Below, piece by piece: positions 50,113-61,700 of a stretch of 64,000 nt of DNA (its first letter is position 1; each line of letters starts with the position of its first letter). Under the pieces are notes generated by a model. It did not search any database, had not been told where the DNA came from, and worked only from the letters and a program-made list of their open reading frames with translations. The translations under genes were made by a program, and so were the position numbers. Source of the DNA: Macrostomum lignano. Lineage: Eukaryota. The DNA lies in the NCBI GenBank assembly GCA_002269645.1, contig NIVC01002077.1, positions 142,825 to 206,824 on the forward strand. The letters run 5' to 3'.

Positions 50113-50384
50113 GGACCAAAGAAGATTGACATCGAAATTTGACAACTTGCGTTTGATTTAAAACTTAACCACATCTTAAAGCACCGACATGCGCCATTGT
50201 TAAAACAACCCTTGAAATAAATAAAATAAGCAACGGCAACTGGCCATGGGTATTTTTTAATACCCGTTGCACGGATAAGATTGATGCCTCCCGACATTTG
50301 ATCATTGTAGAGTACCTGGAGCACCCAAGCACTCCTCTCTGTCGCTCTTATGAGTATGAGTATACCCCTTGCCGTTGCCCTCAA

Positions 50385-51070
50385 ACAGCCCGTTTCCCTC
50401 AGCCGCTCTAATACCCCTTGTCCCCAAACACCCCGTTTCCCTCAGCCGCTCTAATACCCCTTGACCCTAAACACCCCGTTTCCCTCAGCCGCTCTAATAC
50501 CCCTTGTCCCTAAACACCGTTTCCCTCAGCCGCTCTAATACCTCTTGTCCCCAAACACCCCGTTTCCCTCAGCCGCTCTAATACCTCTTGTCCCCAAACA
50601 CCCCGTTTCCCTCAGCCGCTCTAATACCTCTTGTCCCCAAACACCCCGTTTCCCTCAGCCGCTCTAATACCCCTTGACCCTAAACACCCCGTTTCCCTCA
50701 GCCGCTCTAATACCTCTTGTCCCCAAACACCCCGTTTCCCTCAGCCGCTCTAATGCCCCTTGTCCCCAAACAGCCCGTTTCCCTCAGCCGCTCTAATACC
50801 CCTTGACCCTAAACACCCCGTTTCCCTCAGCCGCTCTAATGCCCCTTGTCCCCAAACAGCCCGTTTCCCTCAGCCGCTCTAATACCCCTTGACCCTAAAC
50901 ACCCCGTTTCCCTCAGCCGCTCTAATACCCCTTGACCCTAAACACCCCGTTTCCCTCAGCCGCTCTAATACCCCTTGACCCTAAACACCCCGTTTCCCTC
51001 AGCCGCTCTAATACCCCTTGACCCTAAACACCCCGTTTCCCTCAGCCGCTCTAATACCCCTTGAACCCAA
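50385..51070. repeat. 43-bp minisatellite (CCCGTTTCCCTCAGCCGCTCTAATACCCCTTGACCCTAAACAC) x about 16
   Basis: Visible. Confidence 0.95.
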
Positions 51071-51579
51071 ACACCTCTGCCCCCTTCTGCCGCCAAAATA
51101 CATCGTAACAATATTATTTTAAGCAGCATATACCTTGCGGATGAAGATGAACAAGACTGCAATAGAATGCAAATTGCCTTGCTCACCACTTTCACAAGGC
51201 CAAATTGTAATCTACCTGCAATGCGGATACAGTGGCATAAATAATCATTGCTTCTGCCACCGAATATTGTTGGCCTGCAGGATATCGCCCGGAGCCCTAT
51301 TCAGATCTCTATTTGATTTACCAATTATTTACGAATACAGCAGAGTTTAAAGAAAGAAACGAAACATGAACATTAAAAATACTGTTTCTTGGCAAATGAG
51401 CGCTTGCTTTGAACATCCACAGTTCTCATCGATTAATTCGCGAAACCATCAAGTCAAGTAGTTTATTTACAGCAAAACATAATAAAGTACAAGCGCTTGT
51501 ACTATAACCTGAAGTGCAGTCTGAGATCAGAATATTGATGACAGGCCATTTACGAATACATCAGTTTATAATGACTTCC

Positions 51580-52070
51580 CAGATCCCAAATCTTCTCTGA
51601 CAGTCCAGATGCCAAATATGGCATCCCAGATTCCAAATCTTCTGACACCCCAGATACCACATCTTTGCATCCCAGATTCCAAATAATCTCTGGCATCCCA
51701 GATTCCAAAATCTGACATTCCAGATACAAAACCTTAGCATCCCAGATCCCAAATCTGACATCTCGGATCCCAAATCTGACATCCCGGATCCCAAATCTGA
51801 CATCCCGGATTCCAAATCTGACATCTCGGATCCCAAATCTGACATCCCGGATCCCAAATCTGACATCCCGGATTCCAAATCTGACATCCCGGATCCCAAA
51901 TCTGACATTCCAGATCCCAAATCTGACATCCCGGATCCCAAACCTGACATTCCGGATCCCAAAATTGACATTCCAGATCCAAAATTTTACATCCCAGATC
52001 CCAAATCTGACATCCCAAATCTTCACTGGCATCCCAGATCCCGAATCTTATCTGACAGCCCGGATCCCAA
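51580..52070. repeat. 21-bp minisatellite (ATCCCGGATCCCAAATCTGAC), degenerate at the edges
   Basis: Visible. Confidence 0.9.
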
Positions 52071-52683
52071 ATTCATCCAAATATATGAATATCCCAGTCA
52101 TTACATTATAATTGTGTCAAGTGAGAAAGCGCGAGAGAAACAATGGCTATGGAATAAAGCCGGGGAGGCAAAAAGACACGCAAACAGTGGAGCAACAGCA
52201 AAAAAGCACACTAGAATTACCCAATAAAAATTGTTCTCGATTATCTCACTTCAGGATTTCTGTTACTCCTAAGGCCAAAAAAGTTATAATCGCGAACACT
52301 AATAATATTATGAAGCAGGGTGCCGCTGCAATAACGGTTTAACCAAAGAACAATATTGAACGGACTAGAAGATTATGCGATTAAGCCGCTGCCCGTGCTC
52401 AGGTGACCTCGCAGATAGGAAAATATTTTAGACTAAAAATGCGATGATTAGTACAAACCATGCTACTTATGGTAGCCTGTACTGTCGGTAGCCGGAATTT
52501 ATTCCTGTCAATAAAATAAACCACATGATTTACTCAGCTTTACCAATAAACTAACAGTTATACATTATTTCAACATTTACACAAACCGATACTATGCACA
52601 GAGCTAACGGTTTAATAATTCTGTACATCAATATGCATCACCACCATATTGACATGGCAGTTAAAAGTACAGGACAATCAAGG

Positions 52684-52791
52684 TCAAGATTTAGAAGACC
52701 TACGCTTAGCTTTCAAATGCTTTTCAACGTAGGTGTTGACAAACTGGCGAGTTCGATCAGGCTGCACATCCTGCGAATGACTGCGCGCGAT
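52684..52791 (-). CDS. PHRF1: PHRF1-like terminal exon (end of SRI domain; not in ORF track)
   Basis: AAACTGCAG|ATC...; translates [35 protein letters not shown]; candidate AATAAA on - at 52498-52503. Confidence 0.85.
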   Translation of the reverse strand: MARSHSQDVQPDRTRQFVNTYVEKHLKAKRRSSKS

Positions 52792-55700
52792 CTGCAGTTT
52801 GGAGAGGGAGTGTTGGAGTGCATTAGCGAGCCGCTGGCCCTAGATAAACACAGGACTGGGATTTTTGATTGTCTCTGCACTGCTACAAGCTGCAGCATTC
52901 TTTTTTTAATCAAACACTACTGACTTAAGGGGTGTTGTATACAGGAATTCTAACTGGAGGGACCCCACAATCCTAATGGGCGCCACTAATCTTCTAGGTA
53001 GGTCGTGGGCGCTCCGGTTCTCTGGAAGAGCAAATTGGCGCCCCCGTCTCTTGGTGGGTGCCCTTGTCTCTTAATGGGCGCCCCTGTCTCTTCTTGGGCG
53101 GCACCGTCTCTTGGCGGGCAGACCTGACTCTTGGTAAACAACCCGTCTCTTGGTGGAAAACCCGGCTCTTGATGAACAACCCCTGTATCTTGGTGGGCGC
53201 CCCTGTCTCTTGATGGGCGCCCCTGTCTCTTGATGGAAAACCCGGCTCTTGATGAACAACCCCTGTATCTTGGTGGGCGCCCCTGTCTCTTGATGGGTGC
53301 CCCTGTCTCTTGATGGGCGCCCCTGTCTCTTGATGGGCGCCCGTCTCTTCTTGGGCGGCACCGTCTCTTGGCGGGCAGACCTGACTCTTGGTAAACAACC
53401 CGTCTCTTGGTGGAAAACCCGGCTCTTGATGAACAACCCCTGTATCTTGGTGGGCGCCCCTGTCTCTTGATGGGTGCCCCTGTCTCTTGATGGGTGCCCC
53501 TGTCTCTTGATGGGCGCCCCTTTCTCTTGATGGGTGCCCCTGTCTCTTGATGGGTGCCCCTGTCTCTTGATGGGCGCCCCTGTCTCTTGGTGGAAAACCC
53601 GGCTCTTGATGAACAACCCCTGTATCTTGGTGGGCGCCCCTGTCTCTTGATGGGTGCCTCTGTCTCTTGGTGGACAACCCGGCTCTTGGTGGACAACCCG
53701 GCTCTTGGTGGAAAACCCGTCTCTTGATGAACAACCCCTGTATCTTGGTGGGCGCCCCTATCTCTTGATGGATGCCCCTGTCTCTTGGTGGAAAACCCGT
53801 CTTTTGATGAACAACCCCTGTCTCTTGATGGGCGCCCCTGTCTCTTGATGGGTGCCTCTGTCTCTTGGTGGACAACCCGGCTCTTGGTGGACAACCCGGC
53901 TCTTGGTGGACAACCCGGCTCTTGGTGGACAACCCGGCTCTTGGTGGAAAACCCGTCTCTTGATGAACAACCCCTGTATCTTGGTGGGCGCCCCTGTCTC
54001 TTGATGGATACCTCTGTCTCTTGGTGGACAACCCGGCTCTTGGTGGACAACCCCTGTATCTTGGTGGGCGCCCCTGTCTCTTGATGGATGCCCCTGTCTC
54101 TTGGTGGGCGCAACTGTCTTGTGTGGTGGGCACCCCTGTCTCTATCGCTATGGGAGAACAACACAATTAATAACTAACCTTAGTAACGGCCTTCTTCAAC
54201 AACTGTTTATAATCGGCCTTGTCTATGCGCCTAGAGATATAATACGGCCTCAGCGTCAGCTTAACCTCAGCCGCTATTCTCTCATGCCAATCGGTTTTGC
54301 TGGCGAATTCTGCTCGGCGAGTTCCAGACAGACCCGGCTCCGTTGGCGACGGCTCCGACGGTGAGCGATGCGACGAAGACGGCAGCTGCTGCTCCAATAT
54401 CGTTTTTGCTGCTGCTGCCGAGAAAGAGCCATTATTAGTGTTACTATTACTATTATTATTGGTGTTATTAGTGCCGATAACTGCAATGCGAGCGCCAGTC
54501 GGGAGGAAGCAGCCATTGGCTAGGCGGTCGCTGACGCTGAGCTGCTGCTGCTGCTCGGCTGGTGGAGGCGGCGGCGGCGGTGGCGGAGGCGGTGGCGGCG
54601 GAGGGGGCGGCGGCGGCGGCCGGAGCAGCGGGAGAGGAGGCGGAGGTCGAGAATAGTCCAAGTTAAACGGAGGACGATGCGGCGGTGGCGGAGGCGGCTG
54701 ATGATGAGGATGCAGCACTTGCTGAGCAGACGGAGCGCTAGGATTCCAGGTGCGAAAGCTGGTCACCTGCGGCAGCTCTTCAATATCCATCTCATCGTCC
54801 TCAGCAAATTTGTCAGCATTGTTGTTGACATTTTTTTTAGTAGAAGCAGAGGAGGGAGGCGGAGTGGCGGGGGATGGAGGTGTCACCGGCGGCGCAGCGG
54901 CTGACGGGGGGGACTTCACAGAAGCGGAGCGGTGATTGTTAGCGGCAGCCATGAGTTGGCCGCGTTGCTGTCGCAGGTACCACAGGCGGCCTTGCTCAGT
55001 CCAGACCTCTTTGTTATTTTTAATAGTTTTGCAATGCGCCGGCGCCAAGTGCAGGTCCTGATCGTGCAAGATTTGACCAATGTCGAACTGTTCAGTGGGC
55101 TGTTCCGGCTCTGGGGTGCAGGCTTTGCTAAAAAGAAGAAACAGTAATAAAGGAGAACAGGTAGGTTTTGTTTAGAATTCAAGGTATTAAAAAGCCCTTG
55201 GTAAGAAAAGTTGTGTTGTCAAAATGACAATTATATTCAGAGATAGTATAGCAATTATGGTAAAATATTTACCAATAGTAGCTATTAGATATGCCTGTGA
55301 AGAAAAATCAGGACTGTCAGAAATAGTAATTAATTCTTAGAAAAATCCAAGTTTGCTTGTGTAGTTTTAAATAGCTTTATTAATCTTGGAACTATTTGCT
55401 ATCTATGAGCCAAAGCCAAACATTTTTTTGTTAATTCGTTTCTAGGTCTAGTGCTTATAATGCATTTTTACACATTAAAATATTAACAACTTGTACATTT
55501 GAAAGTTTAATACTAATTTGAAATGGGGTAAGACTATGAATAGATTATCTTAGACTTACAACCGACACTCACTTTTCTACTTTCAATTTACTGCTCATGC
55601 AAAACAAAATACATGTATGTTTAGCAAAAGTTTGTTTATTTTCAGCCACTAAATAAGTAGAATCCCTCTTTGCCACTTTTAAATGCAAAATTTTTTTTCT

Positions 55701-58700
55701 ACGCGAAAACTACATATACTGAGTTGTACATGTATAAAATTTACAGTTAAAATGTACATGTATCACTGCATGACTAGCAATAACTGAGATCATGTTAACG
55801 ATAATGCATTACATGTACGGTAAATGTACATATATATACTGTAATATGCGAAAAATATGCAATATATCAGCAGACGCTTTTGCAGCTTTAAAGTGCAACA
55901 AAATTTACGAAATTTACAGTTCCACAAACTACATGTTAAATGTCCTACATGCATGGAACAGTTTTAACAAATTCAAATAGTTTTATATATAAAAATCATA
56001 ATAATATCACTGATAAAAGACAGTAACGAAGTTCTAAAAAAACTAAAATCAGATAATTAGGTACTTCCGAAATTTTGACTTCCGAAATTTTTTTGAAATC
56101 AAAATTTGCTCTAAAAAATCAGAATTTCAGAAAATCTAAATCAAAATCAAAATTTTGGAACATCTCTAGTCTCTTTTTAGCATAATACAAATAATTTTCA
56201 AAGATTTATCTAAATATCTTCAGTATTGCTTTTAGACATGAATTAAATTCAAATATATAATTTGAAAAAATCAACATTTAGGCTTCTTATATGGTATATA
56301 TTCAATTTTTTGGCTTAAATTAGGCCTATCAATTTTAAAAGTTCAGAAATGAACTGATCAATGACTAGAAATAACTATAAATATAATCAAAAAAATAATC
56401 CCTTTAGAATTAAGAAATTTCTTTGCCAAGACATATGCACACTATTGCAAGAAAATTTCTAATTGATTGGAGCGAGTTTGAAGAAAATTAGTTAAACCAT
56501 TTTTGCTAAAATGAATTACATATGGATGGTCAAACAAATAATTTAGGTGTGACGTTGTCAGTTTAAAGTGGTCCCGTAAAAGGGCCGTTGGACTGCAGCT
56601 CCTCTACAATTTCTCCAATCGTTTATTTTAACATTTACTTGTAGTAGTGCCCAATGAATCTGTACCTAATGTCGCTAATTCACTGCGCATTTTGCTATCC
56701 TCTCATGCGACCGTAGAAAACTTGCACAATCGATAATTTTAAGTTCTTTAGCCAGCCAATGAAACCGCTCATGCTTCGCACTACCCCCCTCTGCGTTCCT
56801 TTATTAAACCCTGCCTGGCGGGCTGGGGGCCTCCTCTCTGTCTAGGCTGTTTAGCTGTTTAGGCTTCTTGGCCTCTTGGCGTCTTGTTTTTCCTCTCTTG
56901 TCTGGCTCTTGTTTTCCTTGTCTGGTTCTTGTTTTCCTTGTCTGGTTCTTGTTTTCCTTGTCTGGTTCTTGTTTTCCTTGTCTGGTTCTTGTTTTCCTTG
57001 TCTGGTTCTTGTTTTCCTTGTCTGGTTCTTGTTTTCCTTGTCTGGTTCTTGTTTTCCTTGTCTGGTTCTTGTTTTCCTTGTCTGGTTCTTGTTTTCCTTG
57101 TCTGGTTCTTGTTTTCCATGCGTTCTCCTCCTTATCTCTCGCCATGGCCCCTCTGTCTGGGCCAGCCTGTTTACACTGTTACTTCACTGAGTTCCGCCAC
57201 GGCTAACGCCAATCTCGCCACTACTTATCTGCCTACCTACTGCTACTCACTGCCTTCACCGTGCTCATCGCCATTGCTCATCACACTGCGTCGCCATCGA
57301 ATCCTTTGTCTGCCACTGACTTCATATTCTATTGCTTTCAAAACCATTGTTGCAGCCGCCAGTGCCCAGAACGCTATAAGCTTGCATTGACATTAGTAAC
57401 CAAGTTTAATATTGATCTCGACAATAAAACAACCACGGCAGTTGCCTGCCTTTATTGCCAAGTGCTCCGCTACACAATCCGCTTATAAGAATTGACTTCG
57501 ATTCATTTTGGGACTACGACTTATGGCAACTCTTGTCAAAACGGCCATTTTAAGGGTCATAGCCATAGCCACTACGTCAATAATTGTGACATTAACATTT
57601 TAGACTTTATTTAATAGTTAATACATTGTCAATACTTTTATTTAAAAATATTCATCATGTTTTTTATATCTTAAGCCAATGTCAATGACAAATATAATAT
57701 AATAGGCTGCCCTAATAATTTGGGCCTATTCTTTTATCAAATAATCAGTTTTATAATTATATAATTTAGACTTCAGCTTTGATAATCCACATAAGGTCTA
57801 CTAAAACATTCTCAAGTGAATTTTATTTTTCATACATTATTCATAGAGCCTAGTCAGACCAAGGACAATGTCAAAATAGGCCTTAAAGGTTCTACACGTA
57901 CACTTCTGAATCTAAATTTGCCAAAAACTAAAAAATTCATCATTTATAGTAGTTCAGATTTATTTAGATAGACCTAAGACTAATGCTCCCAGATGCACTG
58001 CACACCTTGCCCTTGTTTCTTGTACTCTGACTAGGCCCTAGTCTAGTCGCACACTGATGACTTATTAGGCCTAGCATGATAACATCGGGAAATGAAACAA
58101 AAGAAACATTTTAAATTTACCAACACTTTGAGTTCGTGAAAAGTTTTAATCAGATTTTTCTGACATTATCATTAGCTTTGATAGAGCTCGCAATAGCGGA
58201 CAATGCGGTAATTTGTGCCTACTAGCAAAAAAAGGTTTTTAAATAAATATCCTAAAAATAATAATAACAAACCCGGGAAATTTACGAAATAAATAAAATT
58301 ATTCGTTAATTCTTTCACAGTTAAAACCTGCTAGCTCTATCGCCTCGAAACTTTGTAAAAAGCTTTAGTTAAGCTTCTTTTCGTGATAAAGAATTTATAT
58401 TTACATTTTACTCTCCTTACACTTCAGTTTAGACAGTCACAATGACAGCTTGATATTTATAATTTTGGTCAATATTTACTTAAGTAGTTTCATATGCATG
58501 TGTAAAAATTAGTGACGTGTTTCACTGACGTTAGAAGCAGAAAGGCTTTTGTATCGAAAAAGAATTAAAAACTCACTTAATTAATTGAGGCTAAATTAAC
58601 AGTTTTTAATTAAGTCAGTTTAAGAATTAAAATTCATTAATATTACTACCTCACTACCTCAAATGTTGAATAAAAGTTTTTCAGGAGTTTTTCAGTTTTT

Positions 58701-61700
58701 GCGGGAAAAACCGGTAAAACAGGGAAAAAGGGACTCTAAACGACTCTAAAATGACGAAATGTCACGGCAAAATACGCCAAAAAGTAGTCAGAGTCGCCTA
58801 AGAGTCAATTTGAGGCCTTTTTTTGTCTGCGATTCTGAAACGGCTGGGGAATGTAGAGTCCTTTCGTAAGACTCCATTTAGATAACTTGAGTTTTGGGCG
58901 GTTTTTTTTGCAACTCTTTTACGATACTCAACAGTCGCCTCTCCGTCGCATTACAGTTGTTTGAGCTGGTAAAAAGTCATAAGAGTCGCCCAGAGTCGGC
59001 TAGAGTCACTAAAGAGTTGTTTCACAATGACGCTTTAGCGATTCTGGTCACGGTAACGTTATAACGGGTTGAATCGTACGTTCAAGTACGTAAGAACAGT
59101 AGAAAACGGTTATTATGAATAAGTAATAGTTAATTAGCCTAAAATTTTCATTTAAATAAATATTGCTTCCCTTTGCCAACAAATTAATTAAAGTATAGCA
59201 ATAACATTATCAATAGCTTGCTTAGGATAGCTCACCTAGCGGCTCGCCCATTGGCTAAAGCCGAGTCCACCGTGCTAACCAGACTGATAGGATAGTCCTC
59301 GCCGGTGAGGCAGAGCCGCATTGCAGACGTATCCCTGTAGAACGTCATTCGCTTCTCAAATCGGGCCTGCCAGGCCTGAGGATCGGCAGCCTGCACCCGG
59401 TCCATGTGCCTGAGTAGCCGCTTGTCCCGAGCAGTCAAGCGGCGCTTGCTGTTTTTACTCTTCCGACCGGTCTTTGCCGTTGATTGACGCTTTTTAGTCG
59501 TCTTGGTTTTCCGACGCTTTGCCTAAGTTTTTTTCGAGATTAATGAACAACTAGCTAGTAGAAATGTTAATATCAAATGTCAATCCTCGAGTACTGCTTC
59601 ATTCATGACATCAAAATAACAATAATGATTTACAAAGCGGATGCTTGATGGGTATTTTGATGATTGAGAGTATTCTCGAGGCTACGGGTCCAAAATATGA
59701 GGCTAGATAGGAAGGCGCGCGCTAGATGTGCATCTTAGCATCCACCGGCCTTCGTGTGGCAACCCACCAGTTTGCAATAGCAATCAATTTTATTGAAGCC
59801 ATTGCTGTTTCCTGACCTCTAATGAATGTGCATCTATTTTAATCAAAGCATCTGATTTCATACCGGGCTTTGTGCAAGTAGTTGTGCTTGGCATTATTCA
59901 GCCCTCCAATGTGAACTTAGCCCGTAAGTCTTTGCTCAAGATTTGACAGCTAACAGAGGTCTGGAGTAGTGCTTTAGATCTCAATACGGCATACTAACCG
60001 GAGCCTTCTTCGACTTCGCTTTGCTTTTCTTCCCCTTCTTCCGTTTACCAGCGCTTCGTCGACGTCGTTGTCGTTTGCCGGCAGCGCCGCCAGTCGCCCT
60101 GGACGTCGACGCAACCGACGCCGCCGGCAGCGGCTCGTACAGGAAGCTGATGTCGATGCTATCGGCGTCGTCATCTTCGACTTTGTCGCCAGAAGCAGCC
60201 GGGCTGGGCAGCGGCTTGCGAAGGAAGCTGATGTCGATGCTGCTGGCGGAGTCGGAATTTTCGCCAGACTCGCTGTCATCTCCGTCAGCCTCCTCCTCTT
60301 CCTCATCATCATCTTCATCATCCTCATATGAGGAGTCTGCTGTTGAACCAGCCGCCGAAGAAGACGACGGCACTGAGCTGTCTTCGTCAGCTTCGTCAGA
60401 CGTGTAGGACGGCAGCGAGACGGCTGTATCGTCGGCTGGTCCGGCGTCGGCAGCAGCCGAGGCCTCCGCAGCCAGCGAGCTCCGGGTTCGCCGAAGCGCC
60501 GCCGGCTGATCGCCCAGGGGTCGCCATCGAAGCCGGCCGCCGTTGGCCCGACGATCGCGCCGGCAGTCCGGGCAGAACCAGCGGCCAGCGGGGACGCGCG
60601 ACAGCGGCGGAGTCAGGCAGTCGGTGTGGTAGGCCGTGTCGCAGCCGTCGCACAGCAACAGCTGGTCCTCGCGGTCGCCTAAGAGAATTTTGCACGTTTC
60701 GATTGATTCAACTGATCAATTAATCAAGACACATGGAGGCAGCAAAAGTACTCAAGTCGATTTCATCTTTGATTAGAGAATTACTCTGGGTTATTATTAT
60801 TCGTAGACGTAAAGGGGCGATTTTTTGTAAATAGAGGGGCGATTTTTCTAAATTTAGGGGTAATTTTTCTTCACAGAGGGGCGGTTTTTCTAAATTTAGG
60901 GGCGATTTTTCTAAATTAATGGGCAATTTTCTAAATTTAGGGGCAATTTTCTTCACAGAAGGGCGATTTTTCTACGCAGATAGTCGATTTTTTTATGGAG
61001 GCACGATTCTTCTTCACACAGGGGCGATTCCCCACGCACCCTGGAAGCAGACAGCGCAGACGTCGTCTAAGATCGGAAAATCGTCGGCCTCGCCGTCGGC
61101 GCCAGGCGGCGGAGCGGGCAGCGGCGCCGGGGCGGGCACTTTACGGGCTCGCGCGCCGACGCCAAAGCGTGGCGCCACCAGCAGGTGGCTGAATGGGCGC
61201 CGATCCAACGGGCAGGTGTTGGAGGCCAGGCACCAGCGCTGCAGGCAATCTAAGCAGAAGGCGTGCCGACAGTCGCTGGGTCGAGCAACTTCGCCCGCAA
61301 TCACCTTGAATAGGTGGATAGAATTTAATTGGAAACATTTTCAAATGTTGCTACTGCAAGTAGGCAAAGTCATATGCGCTTTAAAGTATTACTTGACTGC
61401 AGTGTTTTAAATTTCACAATCAGTAATTCTACTTCCTACAGATTGTTGTTTTAAAGCTCTTTCACAAACCCGAAACTTTACAAGCCCCGAAACTTCACAA
61501 GCCCGAAATTTCACAAACCCGAAACTTCACAAAACCCGAAAATTCACAAGAACAAAGCTTCACAAACCCGAGACTTCACAAGAACGAAGCTTCACAAACC
61601 CGAAAATTCACAAGAACGGAGCTTCACAAACTCGAAACTTCACAAGAAAAAAGCTTCACAAACCCAAGACTTCACAAGAACAAAGCTTCACAAACCCGAG

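Noticed and set aside
52986-54166. 390-aa minus-strand ORFs
   Set aside because: They lie inside PHRF1 intron 6 and are repeat translations.
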